From NCBI GenBank assembly GCA_965217585.1, contig OZ244561.1:6720001-6784000 (forward strand): DNA of 64,000 nucleotides. Direction: 5' to 3'. The stretch's first letter is position 1. Each line of letters starts with the position of its first letter. This DNA is from Candidatus Latescibacterota bacterium (lineage in GTDB: Bacteria > Latescibacterota > UBA2968 > UBA8231). This document shows positions 1 to 9,300 of the stretch, in pieces. Both the position numbers and the translations under genes were made by a program. The notes beneath the pieces are model-generated. The model had not been told where the DNA came from. It did not search any database and saw only the letters and a program-made list of their open reading frames with translations.

Positions 1-941
1 ACGCCGATCACGCCTTTGGCCCCGGCGACCTCGTAGCTGGCCGTCACCATGCTGCACCGCCCCATCGCCCGCGGCCGGTGATCGGAACCAATGGTGATGA
101 CCACGCCACGCCGCTCGCTCATAAGCTGGGCGAGGATGTCCTTTTTCTCTACCAAATCGACCAAACCGGCCACTTGGCTCGGATCGTCAAATTCGGGCTT
201 TAGGCAGAGATTGCGGGTCCCCGAGACGTGGAGATCGACACCGCGAGTGGTGGCCAAGCCTTCGATCTGCCGCACGACGGCCTCCACAACCGGCCGCGGG
301 ATTGGCCCTAATTCGGCCATTCGCTCCTCGACCGCGTTTTGGATTTCAGCCATCGTCAACCCGTGTAAGCGCTCGTTAAAAAGCCGGCTCAGCGCCTCTA
401 ACTCGCGCTGCGACACCGCACAATCTACTTCGACCATCAAGCTCTTTGTCAGGCCTCCACGAATCGTGACGACGAGCAACAGGCGACGCTCCCCCAAGTG
501 CCAAAGCTCCAGCTTGTGAAAGATGCCCTGATTAAAGCGCGGAGCCAAAACCAACCCGAGTTGGTTCGATAGATCGCCGATGGTCCGCGCCAGTTGATGC
601 AGGATCTCCTCGTAATTACCCTCCTGTTGTGCGGCCTCCATCTGCTGCCGCAGGGCCATCCCGACTGAGTCCAAGCCATGGTCTGCCGTCGTCATGCAGC
701 GCTGCACGTAGAATCGGTAGCCCTTTTCAGAGGGAATGCGGCCCGCCGAAACATGGGGCTGGGATACGTAGCCCTTTTCCTCTAGGCAGGCCAAAGTGTT
801 GCGTATGGTAGCCGAACTGACGCCCAGATCCTCGTGCTGGCTCAACGTCTGCGAGCCAACCGGGACGCCGTGGGCAACGTGGACTTTGACCAAAGCAAGG
901 AGAACTTGGATTTCGCGTTTGGATAGTGGGATAGTGGCCAT
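1..941 (-). CDS. hrcA: Heat-inducible transcription repressor HrcA (3' end runs off the window)
   Basis: Manual minus-strand translation from ATG 941: MATIPLSKREIQVLLALVKVHVAHGVPVGSQTL...VSSATIRNTLACLEEKGYVSQPHVSAGRIPSEKGYRFYV, the HrcA wHTH signature. Absent from the ORF track because there is no stop in the window. Confidence 0.93.
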   Translation of the reverse strand, partial: MATIPLSKREIQVLLALVKVHVAHGVPVGSQTLSQHEDLGVSSATIRNTLACLEEKGYVSQPHVSAGRIPSEKGYRFYVQRCMTTADHGLDSVGMALRQQMEAAQQEGNYEEILHQLARTIGDLSNQLGLVLAPRFNQGIFHKLELWHLGERRLLLVVTIRGGLTKSLMVEVDCAVSQRELEALSRLFNERLHGLTMAEIQNAVEERMAELGPIPRPVVEAVVRQIEGLATTRGVDLHVSGTRNLCLKPEFDDPSQVAGLVDLVEKKDILAQLMSERRGVVITIGSDHRPRAMGRCSMVTASYEVAGAKGVIG

Positions 942-995
942 GGCCGAGAAGCATCTCAAGCGGCATAAACGCCAGATAAATACTGACTTTGAGAT

Positions 996-1023
996 ATAAT
1001 AAAAGCCGCCGATTGCTTGTCAA
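996..1023 (-). promoter_or_regulatory. Putative sigma70 promoter of hrcA
   Basis: Minus strand TTGACA-N16-TATTAT about 55 nt upstream of the hrcA ATG. Confidence 0.5.
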
Positions 1024-1042
1024 GGCTCGCTTCCCGGCCTTC

Positions 1043-1071
1043 TTGACAGCCAATTTACAGGATCGTACTAT
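1043..1071 (+). promoter_or_regulatory. Putative sigma70 promoter of glnA
   Basis: TTGACA-N17-TACTAT about 60 nt upstream of the glnA ATG. Confidence 0.65.
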
Positions 1072-1133
1072 TAAACCTTCATTTTTGTCTCAAACCACCC
1101 TAAAGCACTATTCGACGCGAGAAAGGAATTCTC

Positions 1134-2609
1134 ATGGCCAAAGCCAAGGCTAAAGCCAAAACGAAAGCCAAAGCTAAAACGAAGTCATCCGGGCCTAGCG
1201 CGGTAGAGTCTGCGCTGGCCCTAGCACGCGACCAACAAGCACAGATGGTCGATTTCAAGTTCGTCGATCTGCCCGGCACTTGGCAGCATTTTACCATGCC
1301 CATTGCCGACTTGGAACCCGACCTGTTTGACGACGGCCTCGGCTTCGACGGCTCCTCCATTCGCGGATGGAAGGCCATTGACGAATCCGACATGCTCGTC
1401 GTGCCCGATCCGACCACCGCCGTCATGGATCCGTTCACCGAGGTGCCCACCCTGTCGCTGGTTTGCTCGATTGAAGACCCCATCACCCGCCAGCCCTATG
1501 CCCGCGATCCCCGTGGCGTCGCCCAGCGTGCCCAAGCCTACTTGCTGCGCACCCAGCTGGCCGACACGGCCTTCTTCGGGCCGGAAGCGGAGTTTTTCAT
1601 CTTCGACAACATCCAGTTCGACCAGCAAGCCCATCAAGCCTTCTATGCGATTGACTCAGCCGAAGGCCGCTGGAACAGCGGTGCCGACGAAGGGCCCAAC
1701 CTCGGCTACAAGCCCGACTACAAGGGCGGCTACTTCCCCGTCCCTCCCACCGACTCCCTGCAAGACATCCGCACTGAGATGGTGCAGACGATGCTCGACT
1801 GCGGCATCGACGTGGAGATTCACCACCACGAGGTGGGCACCGCCGGCCAAGGCGAGATCGACATCCGCTTTTGTCCGCTGCTTATTTGCGGCGACCGGAT
1901 GATGATGTATAAATACATCGTCAAGAATGTGGCTCATCAGCATGGCAAGACCGCCACGTTCATGCCCAAGCCGCTGTTTGAGGACAACGGCACCGGCATG
2001 CACACTCACCAGAGCCTGTGGCAGGGCGACCAGCCGCTGTTTGCCGGCAGTGGCTACGCCGGCCTCAGCCAGATGGCCTTGCACTACATCGGCGGGCTGT
2101 TGCACCACGCACCGGCGCTGTTGGCATTCACTAATCCAACGACCAACTCCTACAAGCGGCTGGTGCCCGGCTACGAGGCCCCGGTCAACTTGGCTTACTC
2201 CCAGCGCAACCGCAGTGCCTCGGTGCGCATCCCGATGTATTCACCCAGTCCTAAGAGCAAGCGGGTGGAGTTCCGCTGCCCCGACCCGTCGTGCAACATC
2301 TACTTGGCGCTGTCGGCGATGCTGATGGCGGGGTTGGACGGGATCGAGCAGCAGATGGATCCGGGTGAGCCGTTGGACAAGAATCTGTATGATCTGTCGG
2401 CGGAGGAGCGGGCGGGGGTGCCGCAGACAGCCGGCTCGTTGGAGGCGTCGTTGGATCACTTGGAGCAGGATCGGGACTTTCTGTTGCAGGGGGATGTGTT
2501 CTCCGACGACCTGATCGACGCGTGGATCGACTACAAGCACACCGAGGAGGTCGATGCCATCCGCTTGCGGCCCCATCCCTATGAGTTCGCCCTCTACTAC
2601 GACATCTAA
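1134..2609 (+). CDS. glnA: Glutamine synthetase type I with Lys/Ala-rich N-terminal extension
   Basis: [53 protein letters not shown], adenylylation motif NLYDL, C-terminal [20 protein letters not shown]. Confidence 0.98.
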   Translation: MAKAKAKAKTKAKAKTKSSGPSAVESALALARDQQAQMVDFKFVDLPGTWQHFTMPIADLEPDLFDDGLGFDGSSIRGWKAIDESDMLVVPDPTTAVMDPFTEVPTLSLVCSIEDPITRQPYARDPRGVAQRAQAYLLRTQLADTAFFGPEAEFFIFDNIQFDQQAHQAFYAIDSAEGRWNSGADEGPNLGYKPDYKGGYFPVPPTDSLQDIRTEMVQTMLDCGIDVEIHHHEVGTAGQGEIDIRFCPLLICGDRMMMYKYIVKNVAHQHGKTATFMPKPLFEDNGTGMHTHQSLWQGDQPLFAGSGYAGLSQMALHYIGGLLHHAPALLAFTNPTTNSYKRLVPGYEAPVNLAYSQRNRSASVRIPMYSPSPKSKRVEFRCPDPSCNIYLALSAMLMAGLDGIEQQMDPGEPLDKNLYDLSAEERAGVPQTAGSLEASLDHLEQDRDFLLQGDVFSDDLIDAWIDYKHTEEVDAIRLRPHPYEFALYYDI

Positions 2610-2636
2610 ACAACTGCTAACTACGGGTACTCACGG

Positions 2637-2671
2637 CAAGGGAAGATTTCCACTGGGGGAATCTTCCCTTG
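2637..2671 (+). terminator. Stem-loop after glnA (terminator or processing hairpin)
   Basis: caagggaagatt...aatcttcccttg perfect 12-bp inverted repeat; no clear U tract. Confidence 0.55.
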
Positions 2672-2699
2672 CTCTATATACACCCTACGGCCACACCTC

Positions 2700-3605
2700 G
2701 TGAAACTCGTCATCGGCAGCCGCGGCAGCCAACTCGCCCTCGTCCAAGCCCATGAGGTCCGCAACCGCTTGCTAGCGCTGCACGACGGGCTGGACATTGA
2801 GATTTCAATCATCCGCACCACCGGCGACGCGGCGACGGGTTCGCTGCGCAGCTTGGGGGGCGCGGGTGTTTTTACCAAGGCCCTCGAATGCGCCCTGCTA
2901 GCCGAGCACATTGACTTAGCGGTCCACAGCCTGAAAGACCTGCCGACCCAGATGGACTCCGGCCTCGCTCTCGTCGCCACGCCCGAGCGCGAAGATGTGC
3001 GCGACGCTCTCGTCGGCCCCGGCATATCCTCGCTGGCCGATTTGCCGGACGGCGCGCGGGTGGGCACAGGCAGTCTGCGCCGCCGCGCCCAACTCAAGGC
3101 CCTGCGACCCGACTTAAACATTATAGATATCCGCGGCAACCTAGATACCCGCATCGACAAGGCCATGCGCGGCGAGTGCGATGCCGTCGTCCTGGCCGTT
3201 GCCGGACTCAACCGCCTCGGCTGGCAGGAGCGCATTGGCTGCTATCTGCCCCTGCATCAGGTACTGCCCGCGCCCGGCCAAGGCGCTTTAGGGCTGCAAA
3301 TGCGCGCCGATCATCCTGCGCGTGCCGCTGTCGCAGCTCTCAACCACGCCCCGACCTTGGCCTCGGTGCAAGCCGAGCGCCACCTACTACACACCCTGCG
3401 CGCCGGGTGCCACGCACCCGTCGGTACTTGGGGCCGCATCGAGGGCGACCTCCTCGCACTCGACGGCTTGGTGGGCCATCCCGAAGGCACCCAGTTGCTG
3501 CGCGCCGAACAGCGCGCACCCCGTGCCTGTGCCGAATCCCTAGGTGCATCCCTTGCAGACGCCCTGCGCACCCAAGGCGCCGATGCCCTCTTGCAGATGC
3601 CCTGA
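2700..3605 (+). CDS. hemC: Hydroxymethylbilane synthase (porphobilinogen deaminase)
   Basis: IGSRGSQLALVQA, GVFTKALE, DLAVHSLKDLP, GTGSLRRRAQL, RGNLDTRI, PAPGQGALG, cofactor Cys in GCHAPVG. Confidence 0.97.
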   Translation: MKLVIGSRGSQLALVQAHEVRNRLLALHDGLDIEISIIRTTGDAATGSLRSLGGAGVFTKALECALLAEHIDLAVHSLKDLPTQMDSGLALVATPEREDVRDALVGPGISSLADLPDGARVGTGSLRRRAQLKALRPDLNIIDIRGNLDTRIDKAMRGECDAVVLAVAGLNRLGWQERIGCYLPLHQVLPAPGQGALGLQMRADHPARAAVAALNHAPTLASVQAERHLLHTLRAGCHAPVGTWGRIEGDLLALDGLVGHPEGTQLLRAEQRAPRACAESLGASLADALRTQGADALLQMP

Positions 3606-5134
3606 TGTCCGCTGAATACGCCACTCCAGGTACCGTGTACATCGTCGGGGCTGGTCCCGGCGACCCCGGTCTGCTGACCCTCAAGGGCCTGCGTTACCTG
3701 CGCGAGGCCGGCGTCGTCCTCTACGACGACCTCCTCGACAGCCGCTTGCTCGACCTAGTACCCAACACATGCGAGCAAATTGCGGTCGGCAAACGCGGTG
3801 GCCGCAAAAGCCCCTCCCAAGACGCGATCCATGCGCTCCTCGTCGATCGCGCCCGCCAAGGCCATGTCGTCGTCCGCCTCAAAGGCGGCGATCCGTTCAT
3901 CTTCGGCCGCGGCGGCGAAGAGGCCCTGCACCTGCGTCAGGCCGGCATCCCCTTTGAAATCGTCTCTGGCGTCTCTGCGGCCTCTGGCGTCTTGGCCTAC
4001 GCGGGCATCCCCCTGACTCATCGCGGCACGGCCTCGGCCGCGCTGCTAGTCACCGGCAACGAAGATCCGGCTAAGCCCGACGCGACCATCGACTGGGATC
4101 AACTAGCGGCCTTTGACGGCACCCTCGTCATCTTCATGGCCGTCCGCAAGCTCGCCAGTATATGCCAGCATCTCGTCGCTCGAGGTCGGCCGGCCTCGAC
4201 GCCGGCTGCAGCCATTGAATGGGGCACTTGGCCCGACCAGCGCACGGTCGTCGCCGATCTCCAACACCTGCCAGCCCGCGCCGTTGCCCAGCAAATCCGC
4301 TCGCCAGCCCTCATCGCAGTCGGCCCAGTCGTCGCGCTGCGCCAAGAGCTCAACTGGTTTGAGAGCAAGCCGCTCTTTGGCCGCCGCCTGCTCGTCACCC
4401 GCAGCCGCGAACAGGCCGGTCCCCTCCAGCAGCGCCTCGAAGCCGAAGGGGCGGCCGTATCGACGCTGCCCCTCCTGCACATCGGCCCACCCGACGACTG
4501 GACGGCTGTGGATGCGGCCCAAGACCGGCTCGGAAACGCTGCTTGGGTCGTCTTCACCAGCCCCAACAGCGTGTCCTTTTTCTGTGACCGGCTCTACCAG
4601 CGCGGCCTCGACGCCCGGGCCTTTGCCCACACGCGCATCGCGGCCGTCGGCTTGGCTACGGCCGCGGCGCTGCGCCAACAGGGCTTAGTTGCCGACCTCG
4701 TGCCCCCGAGCCAATCACAGGCTGCGCTAGCGAGGGCCTTTGCCGCATTCGATGTGGCCGGCCAAGAGATCCTCTTACCGGCCTCTTCCATTGGGCGCAC
4801 CGAACTCGCCGATACCCTCGAGGCACGCGGTGCCCAAGTTTATCACCTAACGACGTACGTAAATCGCCTGCCGGACCAGGTCGAGCTCCCCACTGCGCTG
4901 GCCGAGAACAAACTCGACCTCATCGTCTTTGCCAGCCCCTCCAGCGTCCACAATTTTCATCAGGTTCTAGGATCAGAACGCGCGGAGGCCGTATTGGCCC
5001 GCACCCACATCGCCTGCATTGGTCCCACCACGGCTGCAGCCGTGCGCCAACTGGGGTTTGCCGTTCACGTGCAGCCCCGCGAAAGCAGTATCCCCTCGCT
5101 CGTCCAAGCTATCATCGCCTTCTACGCCCCGTGA
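3605..5134 (+). CDS. cobA: Uroporphyrinogen-III C-methyltransferase / uroporphyrinogen-III synthase fusion (CobA-HemD)
   Basis: Start ATG 3605 overlaps the hemC stop; VGAGPGDPGLLTLKG, VVRLKGGDPFIFGRGGEE, then HemD part LFGRRLLVTR...FTSPNSV...FASPSSV...ACIGPTTA. Confidence 0.95.
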   Translation: MSAEYATPGTVYIVGAGPGDPGLLTLKGLRYLREAGVVLYDDLLDSRLLDLVPNTCEQIAVGKRGGRKSPSQDAIHALLVDRARQGHVVVRLKGGDPFIFGRGGEEALHLRQAGIPFEIVSGVSAASGVLAYAGIPLTHRGTASAALLVTGNEDPAKPDATIDWDQLAAFDGTLVIFMAVRKLASICQHLVARGRPASTPAAAIEWGTWPDQRTVVADLQHLPARAVAQQIRSPALIAVGPVVALRQELNWFESKPLFGRRLLVTRSREQAGPLQQRLEAEGAAVSTLPLLHIGPPDDWTAVDAAQDRLGNAAWVVFTSPNSVSFFCDRLYQRGLDARAFAHTRIAAVGLATAAALRQQGLVADLVPPSQSQAALARAFAAFDVAGQEILLPASSIGRTELADTLEARGAQVYHLTTYVNRLPDQVELPTALAENKLDLIVFASPSSVHNFHQVLGSERAEAVLARTHIACIGPTTAAAVRQLGFAVHVQPRESSIPSLVQAIIAFYAP

Positions 5135-6144
5135 AAACCTATCCAGCCGGCAAGCTGCCTCCCGCTGAATTAGGCCGTCTGCTCGCTGCCTATACCCACC
5201 GCCACGAACGCCTGCTCGTGCCGCCGACCGTAGGCGAGGACGCGGCGGTCATCGACTGCGGCGACCGCTTGCTAGTGGCCAAGACCGACCCCATCACCTT
5301 TGCCAGCGACGAGATTGGCTGGTACGCAGTCCACGTCAATGCCAACGACATTGCCGTCATGGGAGCGACGCCCCGCTTCTTTCTCAGCACCATCCTCCTC
5401 CCCGAAGAACGCGCCACGCCCGAGTTGGCGGAATCCATTTTCCGCTCCATCCACCAAGCCGCCGACAGCTTGGGCATCGCCGTCTGCGGCGGCCACACGG
5501 AGGTGACCTACGGACTCGACCGTCCCTTAGTCATCGGCCAGATGCTCGGGGAAACCACGCGCGACCGCTTGGTGCGCTCCTCGGGCTTGCGGCCCGGCCA
5601 CGCCCTGCTCCTGACCAAAGGCTTGGGCATTGAAGCCACCGCCATCATCGCCCGCGAAAAACGCGCGCAACTACGAGATCGCGGCTGTACGCCCACCTTT
5701 TTGGACGCCTGCGCCGACTTCCTCCACACGCCCGGCATCAGCGTCGTGCGCGATGCCCAAGTCGCCGTCCAAGCCGGACGAGTTACCGCCATGCACGATC
5801 CGACTGAAGGCGGAGTCGCCACGGGGCTGTGGGAATTGGCCACCGCATCTGCCGTAGGCGCAGAAATTGACTACCACGCATTGCCCATCGATTCAGCCAC
5901 AGCGCGCCTCTGCGCGGCCTTTGAACTCGATCCCCTCGGAGTGATTTCTTCGGGTGCGCTACTGATCGGCTGCACGACTAATTCCGCCGACGCTATACTC
6001 GCGGCCCTACACGACGCCAACATAGCCGCAGCCCACATCGGTACGGTCCGTCCACCTTCCTTTGGGCTTCAGCTACGCCGCGACGGCCACCTGACACCAT
6101 TGCCCACTTTCCCGGTGGACGAAATAGCGCCCCTCTTTGCCTAA
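5131..6144 (+). CDS. AIR synthase / HypE-like (PurM superfamily) protein
   Basis: GKLP, GEDAAV, KTDPITF, NANDIAVMGA, GGHTEV, MHDPTEGG, DPLGVISSGALL. Confidence 0.88.
   Translation: MKTYPAGKLPPAELGRLLAAYTHRHERLLVPPTVGEDAAVIDCGDRLLVAKTDPITFASDEIGWYAVHVNANDIAVMGATPRFFLSTILLPEERATPELAESIFRSIHQAADSLGIAVCGGHTEVTYGLDRPLVIGQMLGETTRDRLVRSSGLRPGHALLLTKGLGIEATAIIAREKRAQLRDRGCTPTFLDACADFLHTPGISVVRDAQVAVQAGRVTAMHDPTEGGVATGLWELATASAVGAEIDYHALPIDSATARLCAAFELDPLGVISSGALLIGCTTNSADAILAALHDANIAAAHIGTVRPPSFGLQLRRDGHLTPLPTFPVDEIAPLFA
6053..6144 (+). repeat. Direct repeat A, copy 1 (last 92 bp of the AIR-synthase-like gene)
   Basis: Aligns without gaps to 11739-11830, 10 mismatches in 92 bp. Confidence 0.9.
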
Positions 6145-6167
6145 AGTCACGGCATGGCTATCATTAT

Positions 6168-6278
6168 GTGCGTATCGTCGTAGACACCAACCTGCCCGAT
6201 GGCACGATCAGGCACCATGCCTTCCATAGCTACACCATGAAGCAGGCGATCCAGGCGAAAATCGCTGGTGGGACTTGA
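6168..6278 (+). pseudogene. Chimeric remnant: PIN-toxin-like start fused to an internal type I restriction HsdR fragment
   Basis: Translates VRIVVDTN-LPDGTIRHHAFHSYTMKQAIQ-AKIAGGT*; xxVVDTN is a PIN N-terminus and FHSYTMKQAI is a conserved HsdR helicase-region motif. Confidence 0.6.
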
Positions 6279-6379
6279 AGATATCAGGCCCATCCCTTAG
6301 TTTGCCACCGCCTTCATTTTTGAATCACCTTTCAACTGCCCGCGACATCACTTCAACGATGTTCCCTCGGAGGGTTCCT

Positions 6380-9300
6380 TTGTCTGAAAAAATGCACGCG
6401 AAGGCATGGATTCAGCAGCAGTTACTCCATGACCTATGCACGACGTTCCCACCGCAGCCTGACCACGAGATCCACCGTGACCATCATCTCGAGACCTTCG
6501 AACGTGTGTTCGTTGGTCCTGTTGATCTGCTCGTACTTGAAGGAGATGAAGGTATCGGTAAGACAACACTCTTGTCGCAGTTCGCGAAGCGCTACCCAAA
6601 CCGAACAATCTCCTCATTTGTCACACCCATGCGGTACTACGGCTACGACACCAAGTCACTTTGGCGAGACTACTCAGCACAGATCCTGGCCATCGTGGAT
6701 CCTCGGGAATCGTTCTCATCTGAAGACGGGGGCGACGGCGTATTACAGAGTCTCATTCAAAAGCTCAAACAGCGGCATAGAAAGGACACCTATTACTTCC
6801 TACTAGATGGATTAACAGACATCGCCGACCCGATCATGAGAAGAGAAGTCGCCAGCCTTCTTCCTATTGGTCATGGTTTCCCAGTAATCGTCTCCGGTGA
6901 AGCGAGCCTACTCCCACCCGAGCTCAGGGATAGTCCACGGACAAAGACGACGCAGGCCGTCAACTTCTCTTTGGCAGAAGTCCAACAGTACTTTTCTGAT
7001 CTCGGGCTAAGTGACGCCAATATCAGGCAAATATACCAAGAATGTGGAAGGGGGGTCCCGGCCAATCTTGCAAGCGTCCGGCGTAGCTTGATTGCTGGCG
7101 TGGACTTCAATCACTTAAGTGGAAGGGGAATTAGAGATCTTTATGAACAGGAGTGGCGGAACGCTGTAACAGATGAACTCGCTGAGCAGATCGTCGCAAT
7201 CGTAGCACATTCGGGTCACCGATTAACCTTGCATTCCCTCTCTGATATCTTGGGAGTCGGGGATGACGTTGTCTCCGAGCGACTAGACCAGATTCCGTTC
7301 CTTCAACTTGATCCTGACGTCTCCTATGTTTCCTTCATCTCCCGATCGTTCGCGGATTTCGCGTCCGAAAAGCTGTCGGGGACTAAGGCCAACGTTATCG
7401 ACGTGCTTGTTGAACATTTAGAGAGGGGCACAGATGAGGGCCCGGAGGCTATTGACAGTCTTCCGGGTTACCTACAGGAGTCAGGACGGCTCGATAAGGT
7501 TATTTCCTTTCTCTCACCGGATTACTTCTCCAGCATGCTGAATAGAAGCGAATCGCTTATTCCGCTTCGAAGGCAACTCCAGATTGGCATCGACGCAGCA
7601 GCAGAACTTCGCCAGGACGGTGAGCTTGTGCGTTTCGGATTAGAGAGTAGCGCGATCAGGGAGATTGAAACTGCACAGGTTTCTCGCTTTGAGATCGAGG
7701 CGTTGGTAACGACTGACCAAGTGTCAGAGGCTCTCTCCTTCGCTGCCAACTGCTCACTACGGGAGGATCGGCTTCATTTGCTAGGGGTGATCGCTCGGTG
7801 TCAGAAAGAGCGAGGGACGCCCCCTAGCGAGGAGATTCTCGATCAGATCCGACAGCTCCACGGTCAGATTGATGCGAAGTCTCTTGGTGATAAAGCCATA
7901 GACATCGCAGCTGATCTCTTTCCGTGCTGTCCAGACCTAGCGGTTAGCTTGATCGAGCAAAGTTCTTGGGCGGACGGCGACGAAAACGAGTTGGACATCG
8001 CGTACGTTCGTCTTTCCATAGCGACGGCTGTACACGGGACAGTGCCGAGAAGTGATCAGGACGACCTTGAGACGATCCAAAAACGGATAAGAAATCCCAG
8101 GTTACGCGGTTTTACCTCTGCTCTGTCCGGGAAAGTCCAATCGGCGGCCGAGGTAATCGCCGAGGCAGAGAAGCTTGGGACAGCTTCTGATAAGTTGTAC
8201 ATCCTGAGGGAATGGGCTATAGAACATTCGACGAGAGAGGATGCGCTGGATGTGGCGGAGTACGGCCTTAGGACAGTTGTGGAGGCTACGGGATACGCTC
8301 CTAACGTGCGGGTTCTTCGAGAACTCTCATCCCCTTTGCTCCATGCCAAGGATCTCGCTAGGACACAGTCATTGGTAAGGGCCTTCGACGGACAGCGCAC
8401 GACCGTTGAGGACCAAGGACCAACGGAAGAAGTAGTCAGGCTCCAGTTGAACCTCGCGGTTGCGGAATCTCTTTTTGATGAGGAAGCGTGTGTGAACCGG
8501 CTGGTGGAAGTCTTTCTGAGCGTGCACGAGTTGGCAGATCTTTCGACCAAGTCAAGCTGTCTCGCAAGGCTATTATCTGCGCTACGAATTATTGACTCGT
8601 CTGGGCGAATCGAGGATAAGGAGCACCTAACGTCCCTCTCCACCGAAGAACTGGACACGGCGATATCCAACTTGTTGGCCCACACGGCCCAACAAGTCGA
8701 TGTCACCCGTAGGATCATCGACGCGCTAGGGGCCTTAGACGTCGGTCGCAGTATTGCCCTCGCAGAGAACCTGAATACAGCAAATCGTCGGGAGCAAGCT
8801 CTACTGTTGGCCGTAGACGCCATCCTGGAGAGCGATTCGGACCATATCGACCTGAAGCGTCTTAGGGAAGCGTGCAAAAACCTTCGAAAGCGCGAGTCTC
8901 TAGATCATGTTGCAGCAGCAGTAGCAGAGTACCTGGCACGGCGGGACTCAATTGACCAAGAAGCAATCGTAGAGTCTGGATTCCAGCTCTTCCAAGATCT
9001 TTTCTTCTCCGTTTCCGATCCGATGGAGCGATGTCGGGTGCTATGTCTGCTCTACGGCTTGGGAGAGCAAGGCCTATCGGCATCAGAGGCCATGCTTCTT
9101 GATCTGTTAAAACGGATCGAGGAAGCCATTACAGAGGTTGAGGCGGGGTGGGGCCGAATTGACGCAGGATTTCGAGTCGCTCGTTCCTTTGCTAACCGGA
9201 ACCCGACACAGGCGAAGAGGTATCTCGATGACGCCGAAGATGAGCGCAAAAGGACTGCGCTTTCCTCATTCTCTTCTGAGTGGACTTATCAAGCATGTTT

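Noticed and set aside
942-1133. CIRCE operator upstream of hrcA
   Set aside because: Only aagcacta resembles a half site; no TTAGCACTC-N9-GAGTGCTAA
3176-3604. Long N-terminal extension of cobA in the ORF track
   Set aside because: Overlaps hemC in another frame; ATG 3605 fits the family start
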